Source of the DNA: an uncultured Alphaproteobacteria bacterium
GTDB lineage: Bacteria; Pseudomonadota; Alphaproteobacteria; Sphingomonadales; Sphingomonadaceae
Direction: 5' to 3'
Assembly: GCA_963765945.1 (NCBI GenBank)
Contig: CAVXYS010000013.1
Location: forward strand, 60,939 to 124,938
DNA: 64,000 nucleotides
The translations under genes were made by a program, and so were the position numbers. The notes beneath the pieces were generated by a model that saw nothing but the letters and a program-made list of their open reading frames with translations, ran no database searches and was not told the DNA's origin. Of the stretch, positions 19,473-30,161 are shown one piece after another (position 1 is the first letter of the stretch; each line of letters starts with the position of its first letter).

Positions 19473-20423
19473 TTGAGCCTGTCCTTCCAGGACCTGATCC
19501 TGACGCTCCAGCAATATTGGGGCGGGCACGGCTGCGTCCTGCTCCAGCCCTACGACATGGAAATGGGGGCGGGGACCTTTCACCCGGCGACGGTGCTGCG
19601 CTCGCTCGGTCCGGCGCCGTGGCGCGCGGCCTACGTCCAGCCGTGCCGCCGCCCGACCGACGGCCGCTACGGCGAGAACCCGAACCGGCTCGGCGCTTAC
19701 TACCAGTTCCAGGTGGTGCTGAAGCCGAGCCCGGACGACCTCCAGCAGCTTTACCTCGGCAGCCTCGCCGAGATCGGGATCGACCCGCTCAAGCACGACA
19801 TCCGCTTCGTCGAGGACGATTGGGAAAGCCCGACGCTCGGCGCCTGGGGGCTCGGCTGGGAAGTGTGGTGCGACGGGATGGAGGTGACCCAGTTCACTTA
19901 CTTCCAGCAGGTCGGCGGCTATGAGTGCAAGCCGGTGACCGGCGAGCTGACCTACGGGCTCGAGCGGCTGGCGATGTACATCCAGGGCGTCGACAATGTG
20001 TTCGACCTCAAGTTCAACGATGCCGGGGTGAGCTACGGCGACGTGTTCCTCGAGAATGAGCGCGAGATGTCGGCGTGGAACTTCGAGGTGGCCAACACCG
20101 AGGCGCTGTTCGACCTGTTCAGGAAGGCGGCCGCGGAATGCGAGAATTGCCTCGCGGCGAAGCTCCCGATCCCCGCCTACGAGCAGGCGATCAAGGCGAG
20201 CCATGTGTTCAACACGCTCCAGGCGCGCGGCGTGATCAGCGTCGCCGAGCGCCAGGCCTATATCGGCCGCGTGCGCGACCTCGCCAAAGCCGCGTGCGGC
20301 GCGTGGCTGGAGAAACCCTCTCCCGCGGGAGAGGAGGGAGCCGCGCAGCGGCGGAAGGGTGAGGTGCGGCACCGACTCACCCCGCTCGCCTGCGGCGAGT
20401 ACCCTCTCCCGGGGAGAGGGTAG
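19473..20423 (+). CDS. glyQ: Glycine-tRNA ligase alpha subunit with a repeat-derived C-terminal extension
   Basis: [41 protein letters not shown]. Confidence 0.98.
   Translation: MSLSFQDLILTLQQYWGGHGCVLLQPYDMEMGAGTFHPATVLRSLGPAPWRAAYVQPCRRPTDGRYGENPNRLGAYYQFQVVLKPSPDDLQQLYLGSLAEIGIDPLKHDIRFVEDDWESPTLGAWGLGWEVWCDGMEVTQFTYFQQVGGYECKPVTGELTYGLERLAMYIQGVDNVFDLKFNDAGVSYGDVFLENEREMSAWNFEVANTEALFDLFRKAAAECENCLAAKLPIPAYEQAIKASHVFNTLQARGVISVAERQAYIGRVRDLAKAACGAWLEKPSPAGEEGAAQRRKGEVRHRLTPLACGEYPLPGRG
20315..20421. repeat. Family A palindromic repeat inside the glyQ 3' end
   Basis: ACCCTCTCCC...GGGAGAGGGT termini, GGGTGAG/CTCACCC arms, two GCA-triloop hairpins. Confidence 0.88.
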
Positions 20424-22667
20424 TGGCCGACTTCCTGCTCGAGCTCTTGTCCGAGGAAATTCCGGCGCGGATGCAGGCGAAGGCGCGCAACGATCTCGCG
20501 CGGCTGTTCGCCGAGGCGACGGGCGAGGCGGGGCTTACGACCGGCGCGGTCGAGACGCATTCGACGCCGCGGCGGCTGGTGCTGATCGCGCGCGGCGTCG
20601 CCGAGGCGACCGAAGCCGGCACGCGAGGAGATCAAGGGTCCGAGGGCGTCCGCGCCGCCGCAGGCGCTCGAGGGATTCCTCGCAAGCATGGGCTCCACAC
20701 AGAGACCAGCTCGAGGAGCGCGACGGCGTCTACTTCGCGATCATCGAGCGGGCCGGGCGGCCGGCGGCGGAGGTGCTTCGCCGGAAGCATCAAGCGGATC
20801 GTCGCGGACTTCCCCTGGCCCAAGTCGATGCGCTGGGGCGAGCGGCGACGCTGCGCTGGGTGCGGCCGCTGCACGGGATCGTCGCGCATGCTCGGCGAGG
20901 ACATCGTGCCGGTCGAGGTCGGACGGGATCGCCAGCGGGCGCGACGACGGTCGGCCACCGCTTCCACCATCCCGGCGCCGATCACCATCGGCGGGGCGTC
21001 GCGACTATGTCGAGAAATTGCGCGCCTGCCACGTGATCGTCGACCAGGACGAGCGCGAGCGGCTGATCCGCGAGGGCGCGGAGAAAGCGGCCGCGGACGC
21101 CGGGCTGGCGCTGCTGCCCGACGAGGGGCTGGTGGTCGAGAATGCCGGGCTGACCGAATGGCCGGTGCCGCTGCTCGGCCGGTTCGACCCCGATTATCTC
21201 GACGTGCCGCGCGAGGTGATCGTGCTGACCATGCGCACCAACCAGAAATATTTCGCCTGCGCGGGCGAGGACGGCGCGGCTCGCGCCGGCGTTCGTGTGC
21301 ATCGCCAACATCGACGCCAACGACGGCGGCGCGGCGATCGTCGAGGGCAATGCGCGGGTGCTCGCGGCGCGGCTGGCCGACGCGCGCTTCTTCTGGGAGC
21401 AGGATCGTCAAGGTCCCGCTCGAGGAGCAGGCGAAGAAGCTCGGCGGGATCGTCTTCCACGAGAAGCTCGGCACGGTCGCCGACAAGGTCGAGCGGGTGG
21501 CCAAGCTGGCGCGCTGGCTGGTCGAGGAAGGGATCGTGCCCCTCCCGTCGACACGCGAGGCGGGTGAGGTCGACCTCCCTGCAGCCGCGCGCTCCCCCCT
21601 CTCCCAGGGGAGAGGGGAATTGGCCGACCGGCCGAGCGCGCCGCGCGGCTGGCCAAGGCCGACCTCGTCACCGGCATGGTCGGCGAGTTCCCCGAGCTGC
21701 AGGGCGTGATCGGCGGCTATCTCGCCGCGGCGCAGGGCGAGCCCAAGGCCGTCGCCGACGCCATCCGCGACCATTACAAGCCGGTCGGGCAGGGCGATGA
21801 CGTGCCGACCGCGCCGGTGACGGTGGCGGTGGCCTGGCGGACAAGCTGGATACATCTGTCGCTTTCTTCGCGATTCGACGAAAGCCCGACCGGCTCGAAG
21901 GACCCGTTCGCCTCGCCGAGCGGCGATCTGCGTCGATCGATGATTGCGATCGTCTGGCAGCGAGGTTAGATGCTCGAGGCTGATCGGAAGAGTGCGTCGG
22001 AGCGCGTCAGCCACATGCGGGCTGGCAGGTCGGCCATTCGAAGCTGCTGCGACCGGCTCGAGCAAAGATGAGTTCGTCTCGACTTCCTCGATTTCTTCGC
22101 CGACCGCCTGAAGGTCCAGCAGCGCGAGGCGGGGGTTCGCCATGACCTGATCGACGCGGTGTTCGCGCTCGGCGGCGAGGACGATCTGGTGCGGCTGCTC
22201 GCACGGGTGAAGGCGCTGCAGGGCTTCGTCGAGACCGAGGACGGCACCAATCTGCTGGCCGCCTACAAGCGCGCGGCGAACATCCTCAAGAAAGAGAAAT
22301 GGGACGCCGAGTCGTCACGGCGCAGGGCATCCCGCAGACCGGCGAGAGGACCCGCCTCACTGTCGACGACCCGATAGTCAGAGCGGTCGCGGATCGTCCG
22401 GGAGGACGGGCCGACTGCCGAGGAGAAGGCGCTGATCGCGGCGCTCGACACGGCCGAGCCCAAGGCGGCGGCGGCGGTCGAGGACGAGGATTTCACCGGC
22501 GGCGATGGCGGCGCTGGCGTCGCTGCGCGACGCCGATCGACGCCTTCTTCGACCACGTGACGGTCAACGACCCCGATGCGGCCAAGCGCGAGCGGCGGCT
22601 CAACCTGCTGCTGCGCTTCCGCGACGCGGTCAACCGCGTCGCGGATTTCTCGAAAATCGAGGGCTAG
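20423..22667 (+). CDS. glyS: Glycine-tRNA ligase beta subunit (many frameshifts)
   Basis: [55 protein letters not shown]. Confidence 0.96.
21539..21617. repeat. Degenerate family A repeat inside glyS
   Basis: CCCCTCCC...GGGTGAGG...CCCCTCTCCCAGGGGAGAGGGG; encodes [26 protein letters not shown]. Confidence 0.75.
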
Positions 22668-23000
22668 ATTGCCGTCCCTGCAAGGGAGGAGCCCAGCTGT
22701 TTGCTTCCGGATGGGCCTCGCCATCGCCGGTCGAGCTCGGCCGGCGGTCGTCGCGGTCCTTGACCGCGGCGTCGCGCAGGCTGAATCGCGCTCGCGCCAT
22801 TCCTTCTCGCGCTCGTCATGTCGCGCATGGTGCTTGTCATGCTCGCGCTCGAGCGCCTCGCGGCGTGTCGACCTCGTCCTGGTAGCGGCCCTTCCACTTG
22901 CGGCGGCCGCCGGCGGTCAGGAACATGCCGACCAGCAGGCCGAGCACGAAGACGAGCCCGCAGATCACCCACAGGTTCGGGTCGTTGATGATGTGGTCAT
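22664..23000 (-). CDS. Small membrane-anchored coiled-coil protein (frameshifted, ends uncertain)
   Basis: TM '[19 protein letters not shown]' then [12 protein letters not shown]. Confidence 0.55.
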
Positions 23001-23070
23001 TGCGCGTCCCCAACAGTCGAGTCGGCAAGCTTGCGCGCGGCGTCTACGCTTGCGCGCAGCTGCGCGCGTT

Positions 23071-23095
23071 CCCCTCTCCCGCGAGCGGCGAGGGT
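23071..23095. repeat. Single-hairpin remnant of family A, possible terminator for the tad operon
   Basis: CCCCTCTCCCGCGAGCGG matches the left end of 59096-59213; 8 bp past the tadC stop. Confidence 0.6.
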
Positions 23096-23102
23096 GGGTA
23101 GG

Positions 23103-24103
23103 TCAGCCGTTGATGAAGCTGTCGTTGATCGAGCAGGCCGCCGGACCGAGGATGACGATGAACAGGGTCGGCAGGATGAACAGGATCAGCGGCACGGTCA
23201 TGATCGCCGGCAGGCGCGCGGCCTTCTCTTCGGCGCGCATCATGCGCTCGTTGCGGAACTCGGCCGACAGCACGCGCAGCGCCGAAGCCAGCGGGGTGCC
23301 GTATTTCTCGGTCTGGATCATGGTCGTGACGACCCCGCGCACGGCCTCGAGGTCGACGCGCGTCGGCGAGGTTCTCGAACGCCTGGCGGCGCTCGTTGAG
23401 GAAGCCCAGCTCGATCGCGGTCAGGCCGAACTCGTCGCCGAGCTCGGGATAGGCCTTGCCGAGCTCCTTGGCGACGCGGCCGAAGGCGGCGTCGACGGTG
23501 AGGCCGGCCTCGGCGCAGATCACGAGCAGGTCGAGCGCGTCGGGCAGGCCCTTGCGGATCGCGTGGCTGCGCTTGGTGACCTTGTTCTTGAGCCAGATGT
23601 CGGGCGCCTTGTAGCTCGCCGACCAGGGTGCCGGCGACGGTCATATACTGGCGCCACCACGACCAGGTCGGGAAAAAGTCGAACACGTAGATGACCAGCA
23701 CCGCGGCGATGCCCAGCACGAGCGGCATGACGAAGCGCGCGGAGATGATGAAGAAGGCGAGGTCCTTGGCGCGGATGCCGGCCTGCATCAGCTTCTGCTG
23801 CGTCTTCTTGATCTGGTCGTCCTGGAGCATCTTGAAGCTCGACAGGATCGAGCGGACCCGGTCCGCCGCCTCGTTGCGGTTGGTCAGCTTGCGGCGCTTG
23901 TTGGTCGAGGCGACGATGCCGGCCTTCAGCTGCTCGCGGCGCTCGTTCAGCGCCTTGACGCGCCGCGCCATCGGGTCCTTGACCGTGGTCGCGGCATAGA
24001 TTGCGGTCAGCACGGCCATGGTCGCGACCGCGCTGAGGATCGTCGCGATCCAGATGACGTCGAACCCGAGAAGGGTAGGGCCAGCGGTCGGCACGGAATC
24101 CAT
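23103..24103 (-). CDS. tadC: Tad pilus platform protein TadC (frameshifted)
   Basis: LPDALDLLVICAEAGL, QTEKYGTP, AEEKAARLPA. Confidence 0.93.
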
Positions 24104-24118
24104 GATCGTCAGTCCCCC

Positions 24119-25084
24119 TTAGATCTCGAAGTTGACCATCTTGGCCATGATGAACGCGCCGATGCTCATCCACACCAGCCCGCCGAGGCCGGCGACCATC
24201 AGCCGCTGGTCGTCGAAGAAGCCGTGCATGTAGTTCGGGTTGATGAACCAGACGAGCGTGAAGACCACGAACGGCAGCGAGCCGACGATCCACGCCGAAG
24301 CCTTCGATTCCGAGCTCATGGCGCGGATCTTGAGCTTCATCTGGGCGCGCTTGCGCAGCACGTCGGCGAGGTTCGACAGGGTCTCGGCGAGGTTGCCGCC
24401 GGTCTCGCGCTGGATCGCCAGGGTGATGACGAAGAACTGGAACTCCGCAGTGCCGAGCCGGTCGGCGGTGTCCTGCAGCGCCGCTTCCATCGTCCGGCCG
24501 ATCTTCATCTTGTCGGCGACCATGCGGAACTCGAGCCCGACCGGGCCGGAGATCTCCTGCGCGACGACGCCCAGGGTCTCGGTGATCGGCAGGCCCGAGC
24601 GAAGGCCGCGGACCATCAGCTCGATCGCGTCCGGGAAGTTCGAGTTGAACTGCTTGATCCGGCGCTGGATCATCTTGCCGATAAAGAAGTGCGGCCCGCC
24701 GACGCCGAAGAACAGGCCGAGCAGGAGCGACAGCAGGAACGGCGCCCCGCGCAGTATCAAGGCGGCGGCGATGAACAGGCCGATGCCGAGGCAGATCGTG
24801 GCATATTTGCCGAGCGTGATGTCCTTGCCGGTCATCTCGAGCCGCTTGCGCAGCAGGGCCGGCTTGGGGATCAGGGTCGAGGCATAGCTTTCGATCATGC
24901 TCGCGCGCTGCGCCATGAGCTTGCGGATCTGGGCCTGCGCGCTGCCGGCAATGATGTCGCCGTGGCGCTCCTTGACCAGCTCGACGCGGCGCTTGAGGGC
25001 CTTGGACGCCGACGGCCCGCGCATCGCGAAATACGCCATCGCGAGCGTTCCGGCGCCGCCGATCAGGATGATCCACAGAAGCAT
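24119..25084 (-). CDS. tadB: Tad pilus platform protein TadB
   Basis: FPDAIELMVRGLRSG, IQRETGGNLAE. Confidence 0.95.
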   Translation of the reverse strand: MLLWIILIGGAGTLAMAYFAMRGPSASKALKRRVELVKERHGDIIAGSAQAQIRKLMAQRASMIESYASTLIPKPALLRKRLEMTGKDITLGKYATICLGIGLFIAAALILRGAPFLLSLLLGLFFGVGGPHFFIGKMIQRRIKQFNSNFPDAIELMVRGLRSGLPITETLGVVAQEISGPVGLEFRMVADKMKIGRTMEAALQDTADRLGTAEFQFFVITLAIQRETGGNLAETLSNLADVLRKRAQMKLKIRAMSSESKASAWIVGSLPFVVFTLVWFINPNYMHGFFDDQRLMVAGLGGLVWMSIGAFIMAKMVNFEI

Positions 25085-25136
25085 TCGTGTCGCCTCTCAA
25101 CTCTGCGGCCGGGACGAGCCCGGCCCGTACGAATCG

Positions 25137-26408
25137 TTACGCCGCCTTGGCCTCCTTGGGCTTCGACAGCATCGACTTCAGATTGTCGACGAGGCCCTTG
25201 GCGCTCGCCGCAGCCTTGGACTCGGTGGCGACGCCCTCCTCGCTGGCATGGCTCAGGACCATCGACGACAGCTGGGTGAACGGCGCGGCCATCTTGCCGC
25301 TGGCGACTTCGGCCATCGGCTTGCCGAGCTTCGCGGCCTGGGCGGCGAGCTTGCCGTCGACCGGGAAGACGACGTCCACCGGACGCTCGATCGACTGTTC
25401 GAAGTCCTTGCGGCTGATCTCCAGCGCGCCGCCCGAGGGCACGCGGTTGGCGACCACGATGACCTTGGTCTGCGGCGCGTTCGACTTGAGCCAGGCCAGG
25501 ATGCGGATGGTGTCGCGGGTCGCGGCCAGGGTCAGCTCCGAGGCGACGACCGCGACATGCGCGTCGTGGACCAGGTGCGGATACTGGATCAGCATGTGCC
25601 GCGGCAGGTCGAGCACGGTCGATTCGAACGCGTTGCGCATCTCTTCCTGAAGCTGGAAGAAGGCGGTGCCGTCGGTCACCAGCGGCTGGTGGATCGGCGC
25701 TTCGGCCGACAGCACCGACAGGCGTTCGTTGGCGCGAACCATGGCGCGCTCGATGAACAGGCCGTCGATGCGGCTTGGATTCTCGATCGCGTCGGTAAGG
25801 CCGCGGCCGGGCTCGAGGTCGAGCGCCAGGGCGCCGGTGCCGAAGTGGACGTCGAGGTCGAGGAGGGCGGTCGTGCGCCGCGCCTTCTCACCGAGCAGCC
25901 AGGCGAGCGACGTCGCGATGGTCGACGCGCCGACTCCGCCGCGGACCCCGATCACCGCCGCCATCACGTGCGGCTTGTCGACCTGGGCTTCGCCGCGCGG
26001 GCCTGACAGGATCGTCTGGGCATGCGCGAAAGTGTCGCGCAGATGATCGACCGTGAACGGCTTCAGCAGATAGTCGTGGATGCCGCTGGCGACGAGGTCG
26101 CGGTACAGGCGCACGTCGTTGACGGTGCCGGCCGCGATCACGATCGTGCCCGGCTCGCACACTTCCGCGAGCGCGTTGATGTCGTTGAGCGGGTCGGCGG
26201 ACTCGCTCAGGTCCACGAACAGGATGTTCGGGCTGGCCGAGACCGAGAGCGACTGGACCGCGTTGCGCAGGCCGCCCTTGTTGACCTTCTCCGGCGACCA
26301 GCCGTGCTCGACCGCGACCGGCCGAAGCATATCGGCGGTGGCGTCGTCGCAGACGAAGGCCGTGAACGGATCGCGCAGTCCCGCGCGTGCCTGGAAGGGA
26401 GCGTTCAT
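25137..26408 (-). CDS. cpaE: Pilus assembly protein CpaE/TadZ
   Basis: Receiver-like N-terminus plus MinD-like domain with Lys-less GVRGGVGAST and DLDVHFG. Confidence 0.92.
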   Translation of the reverse strand: MNAPFQARAGLRDPFTAFVCDDATADMLRPVAVEHGWSPEKVNKGGLRNAVQSLSVSASPNILFVDLSESADPLNDINALAEVCEPGTIVIAAGTVNDVRLYRDLVASGIHDYLLKPFTVDHLRDTFAHAQTILSGPRGEAQVDKPHVMAAVIGVRGGVGASTIATSLAWLLGEKARRTTALLDLDVHFGTGALALDLEPGRGLTDAIENPSRIDGLFIERAMVRANERLSVLSAEAPIHQPLVTDGTAFFQLQEEMRNAFESTVLDLPRHMLIQYPHLVHDAHVAVVASELTLAATRDTIRILAWLKSNAPQTKVIVVANRVPSGGALEISRKDFEQSIERPVDVVFPVDGKLAAQAAKLGKPMAEVASGKMAAPFTQLSSMVLSHASEEGVATESKAAASAKGLVDNLKSMLSKPKEAKAA

Positions 26409-27083
26409 TTACCTATTCCCCGAAGTGGTGGTGACGGCTTCATCGGGCCGCTTGAACGGACGCCTGACCTGGCCCTCGAGAACCCCGGTGAGCGGCCAGC
26501 TGCGATAGAGCAGGATGGCCTTGGCCCCGGTCGAAGCATCGATCGCCGACGGGCCTTCGCGGCCGTAAACCAGGTCCTGCGGGTTCGCGACCTGCATCGC
26601 CAGGTTCGCGTTCACGCCGCACCCGAGGTTGGACAGCGAGCGATTCTCGAAATTGGGCTGCGACGCGGTGCGCCAGTTGGGGCACCCCGGGACCTCCGCG
26701 GTGTGGCGCGCGACGACGACGCGGATCGAGTCCGGGCCGACCGCGCCGACCGTGATCGGGCTGCCGTGGGCGACGAACATGCCATACTGGCCGGCGACGT
26801 TCGCGACCTCCCGCTGGGCGGCGGGCGCGTAATTGCCGTCGATATAGATGGTGTCGCCGTAGCCGAGCCCGAGCGTCTGGAACCAGGCGTCGAGCCGCTC
26901 CGCTTCGCGCGGGGCGAGCGTCCCGCCGGGCGCCGCGACGTCGATCACGTAATTGGTGGTGGTGACCACCGGAACATTGGTCGGCGCCACTCCGCGGTCG
27001 GGCAGATCGCGCGCGCCGGTGGTCGTGCAGCCAGCCAGGGCGGTGCCGAGGGCGATTAGGACGAGTTTCGAACGCATCGTCAT
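26409..27083 (-). CDS. cpaD: Pilus lipoprotein CpaD
   Basis: Lipobox LAGC; CPNW...NLGCGVNANLAMQVANPQDL. Confidence 0.9.
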   Translation of the reverse strand: MTMRSKLVLIALGTALAGCTTTGARDLPDRGVAPTNVPVVTTTNYVIDVAAPGGTLAPREAERLDAWFQTLGLGYGDTIYIDGNYAPAAQREVANVAGQYGMFVAHGSPITVGAVGPDSIRVVVARHTAEVPGCPNWRTASQPNFENRSLSNLGCGVNANLAMQVANPQDLVYGREGPSAIDASTGAKAILLYRSWPLTGVLEGQVRRPFKRPDEAVTTTSGNR

Positions 27084-27106
27084 GTCCTTCCTGAAAAGAC
27101 CGCGGC

Positions 27107-28556
27107 TCACGACTTGAACCCCGGAGCGGGCACCGCGATCGCCTGCGGCGGGCGCACGCCGCTCACCCCTTTGAAGGTCTGGCCTTCGAGGTTGATCTCG
27201 GCGTCGGTCGGGGCCCGGTAGCCGTCGGCCGGAGTGACCAGCTGACGCGACACCGGACGCACCAGGTACGGCGTCACGATGATCACCAGCTCCGTCTCGT
27301 CGCGCTTGAAGCTGGTCGAGCGGAACAGCATGCCGAGGATCGGCAGGTCGCCGAGGAACGGCGCCTTGTTGACGCTGTTGGTGTTGCTGTTCTTGAGCAG
27401 GCCGGCGATCATGAACGACTGGCCCGAACCGAGCTCGACCGTCGTTTCGGCGCGGCGCGTGATCAGCGCCGGAACCTGGACGTCGCCGAGCTTGATCGAG
27501 CCCGAAGTCGCTAAGCTCGCTGACCTCGGGCCGGACGCGCATCGAGATCCGGCCGTCGGCGAGGACGATCGGAGTGAAGGCGAGGCCGACCCCGAACTGC
27601 TTATATTCGATCGCGACCGAGCCGAGGCCCTGCGAGACCGGGATCGGGAATTCGCCGCCGGCGAGGAAGCTGGCGGTTTCGCCCGACAGCGCCGTCAGGT
27701 TCGGCTCGGCGAGGATCGTGATCAAGCCGTCGGTCTGCGCCAGGTCGAGCGAGCTGATGAGGTCGAGCCCGAACAGCTTGCCGCTCGCCGAGATGGTCGA
27801 ACCGAGCGTGCTGCGGATGACCTGGCCGGCCTGGTCGCTGGTTTGGCCCGGCGAGGGCAGGAAGATGCCCTCACCCTGGGCGAGACCGAAGCGGAAGCCG
27901 TTGGTCGAATCGTTGGCGAGGAGGTTGATGCCGACCTTCTTGAGCAGCGAGCGGTTGACCTCGGCGATGCGGACCTTGAGCGTCACCTGGAGCGGCACCG
28001 CGGTCTTCAGCCGGTTGACCGGGACGATCTTGAGCGGCTCGCCTTCCTTGATTCCGGTGTTGAGCAGCGAGCGGACCAGGGCCTCGGCCTGGGTCGCGTC
28101 CTCGGGCGAGGCGACGGTGCCGTTGATCACCGCCATCTGGCCGACCAGCGTCACGTTCATGTTCGCGTCCGGGATCGCCTGGTGCAGCGCCTCGTTGACC
28201 GAGCTGTTGTTCTGGTTGACCTGGACCGACGCGCCGTAGACGACCGAGCCGTCGGCGGCGGTCGCGATGACCGTCGCCTGGCCGAACGCCTTGCCGAACA
28301 CGTTGATCTGCTTGGGACCGTTGACGTAGATGTCGGCGATGTCCGGAGCCGAGGTCCACACGCTGGACACCGAGCGCGGCAGATTGATCATCTGGCCTTC
28401 GCCGACGTTGAGCAGCACCTGGCGCGAGGGCTTGTAGGTGCTCGACACGGGCTGGGCCAGCGCCGGAGCGGCCGCGGCCACCGTGCCGAGGCCGACGGCC
28501 AGGGCGACGAATGCGGTGCCGAGACGCGCCCGGCAGCTGTTGTTGCAAGTCTTCAT
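27107..28556 (-). CDS. cpaC: Secretin CpaC/RcpA (frameshift near 27500)
   Basis: LAEPNLTALSGETASFLAGGEFP, PFLGDLPILG..FRS, ETELVIIVTP. Confidence 0.94.
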
Positions 28557-28557
28557 G

Positions 28558-29592
28558 TTAGCGAACTCCCACCGGAACGACGGTGACTGTATTGCCGCGC
28601 GCGACGCGAACGGCGGGGCCGGTGACCGGCATGCCGGGCTGGCCCGCGAGAGCCGAGCCGAGCGCGCTGCCGAACCCCTTGATGGCAGCGGCGGCGCGAT
28701 CTTCGGGACGGCCCGGGACGGTGCGGCGCTGGAAGCGCGACACGTCGCCGCCGGTCGTGAAGGTCGTGTTGCTGTCGAGCGGCCGGTTGGCGACCGCCAG
28801 CAGCATCTGGCGCTCCTGCGACGGGTTGGTGCCCGCCGGGACCTTGACGTCGCCGGCCGCGACCGCCCGCTCGAGCTCGGCGGTATTGTCCGCGATCGAG
28901 CGCAGCGACAGCGACAGCGTGCCCATGCTCTGCGCGACGGCGATCTTCTCGGCGATGCGCGGCGTGGCTTCGAGCGTGACGTTGGCGAAGGTCTTGACCT
29001 CGGTCTTGCCGTCCTCGCCCTTGCTGTCGATCCGCTGGTCGGTGGCGAGCACGCGCAGGTTGCGCACGATCGTCTCGGACACCTTGAGCGCCGGGCCGTC
29101 GCCACCACCCTGAACCTGCTGGGTCAGCACCATGTCGACATGGTCGCCCGGGAAGACGAAGCCGGCGACGCCGGTCGACGCGTTGACCGGAACGGTGATG
29201 GCGCGCATGCCCGGGCCGAGCGCCGCGGCGAGGAAGCCGCGGTCCTTCGGGCCGACGAGCGCGCCGCGGGTGACCGGCTGGCCGGCGGTGATCGGATAGC
29301 GCACGACGGTGCCGAGCATCTTCTGGCCGTCGGCGTCGGGCTGCCCCTCGGTATAATAGGCGCTCTGCATGAGCTCCTTCGGCCAGGGCTGCCAGGTCAG
29401 CGCTTCGAGATCGATGATCGTGCCCGCCGGGAGCGCCTTCTTGGCGACCATGACCTTCGGGCCGAGCGGAACCGCGGGCGCAGCAGCAGCCTGCTGGGCG
29501 CCGGCTCCGGCAAACATGTTCTTGGCCATGACGGCGGTGATCACCGCAATGACCAAAGCTCCAACGAGCAGAGCAAGCTTCTTGACGTCCAT
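28558..29592 (-). CDS. cpaB: Flp pilus assembly protein CpaB
   Basis: SAF domain; GMRAITV, GVAGFVFPGDHVD, NLRVLATDQ. Confidence 0.95.
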   Translation of the reverse strand: MDVKKLALLVGALVIAVITAVMAKNMFAGAGAQQAAAAPAVPLGPKVMVAKKALPAGTIIDLEALTWQPWPKELMQSAYYTEGQPDADGQKMLGTVVRYPITAGQPVTRGALVGPKDRGFLAAALGPGMRAITVPVNASTGVAGFVFPGDHVDMVLTQQVQGGGDGPALKVSETIVRNLRVLATDQRIDSKGEDGKTEVKTFANVTLEATPRIAEKIAVAQSMGTLSLSLRSIADNTAELERAVAAGDVKVPAGTNPSQERQMLLAVANRPLDSNTTFTTGGDVSRFQRRTVPGRPEDRAAAAIKGFGSALGSALAGQPGMPVTGPAVRVARGNTVTVVPVGVR

Positions 29593-29637
29593 GGCGTGAT
29601 CGCCTCCCCTTGAGGGCTCCCCGTACACCCTCACAAA

Positions 29638-30110
29638 TCAGGCAAATTGGTTAAGAAACCGTTGGGTGAGAATTGCGAGGCCGCCGAATGCGATGGCGAC
29701 CCCGTACGGAACTTCCGGACGGCCCTCCCGGCGCTTGGCGCGGTGCCAGGCGAGAACGCCCAAAGTCAGCACTCCGCCGGCGAGCGAGGTCAGGACCAGA
29801 AACTGGATTGTTGATCGAGGTGAAAACCACAGCGCAAGCGCGGCCGCGAGCTTGACGTCCCCGCCGCCCATCATGCCGGCGTAGAAGGCGCCGGCGAAGA
29901 CGCGAACACCGCGGCGCCGACCGCGAGCTGCAGTCCGACGTCGGGCCACAGCGGCAGCGCGACCGACAGCCAGTAGAGCGGCGCGAGCAGGGCGACCGCG
30001 AGGTTGAGCTTGTTGGAAATGGTGAAGGTGCGCACGTCGATCGCCGCGGCGATCACCAGGATCGCCGCGAGCCCGACGAGGAGCATTTGGGTAAACGCAC
30101 CATTGATCAT
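29638..30110 (-). CDS. cpaA: A24 prepilin peptidase CpaA/TadV (frameshifted)
   Basis: D...FTISN, MGGGDVKL, VPYGVAIA. Confidence 0.92.
29649..29665 (-). promoter_or_regulatory. Candidate CtrA site for cpaB inside the cpaA 3' end
   Basis: Minus strand CCAA-N7-TTAACC, about 57 bp upstream of the cpaB ATG. Confidence 0.5.
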
Positions 30111-30161
30111 GGCCCGAACCCCTAGACGGCGCGGCTTTCGAATTCGTAACCGGGGCTGCAA

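Noticed and set aside
22300-22420. Acidic insertion near the GlyS C-terminus as another repeat insertion
   Set aside because: No palindrome or family motif, and the region is too frameshifted to read reliably.
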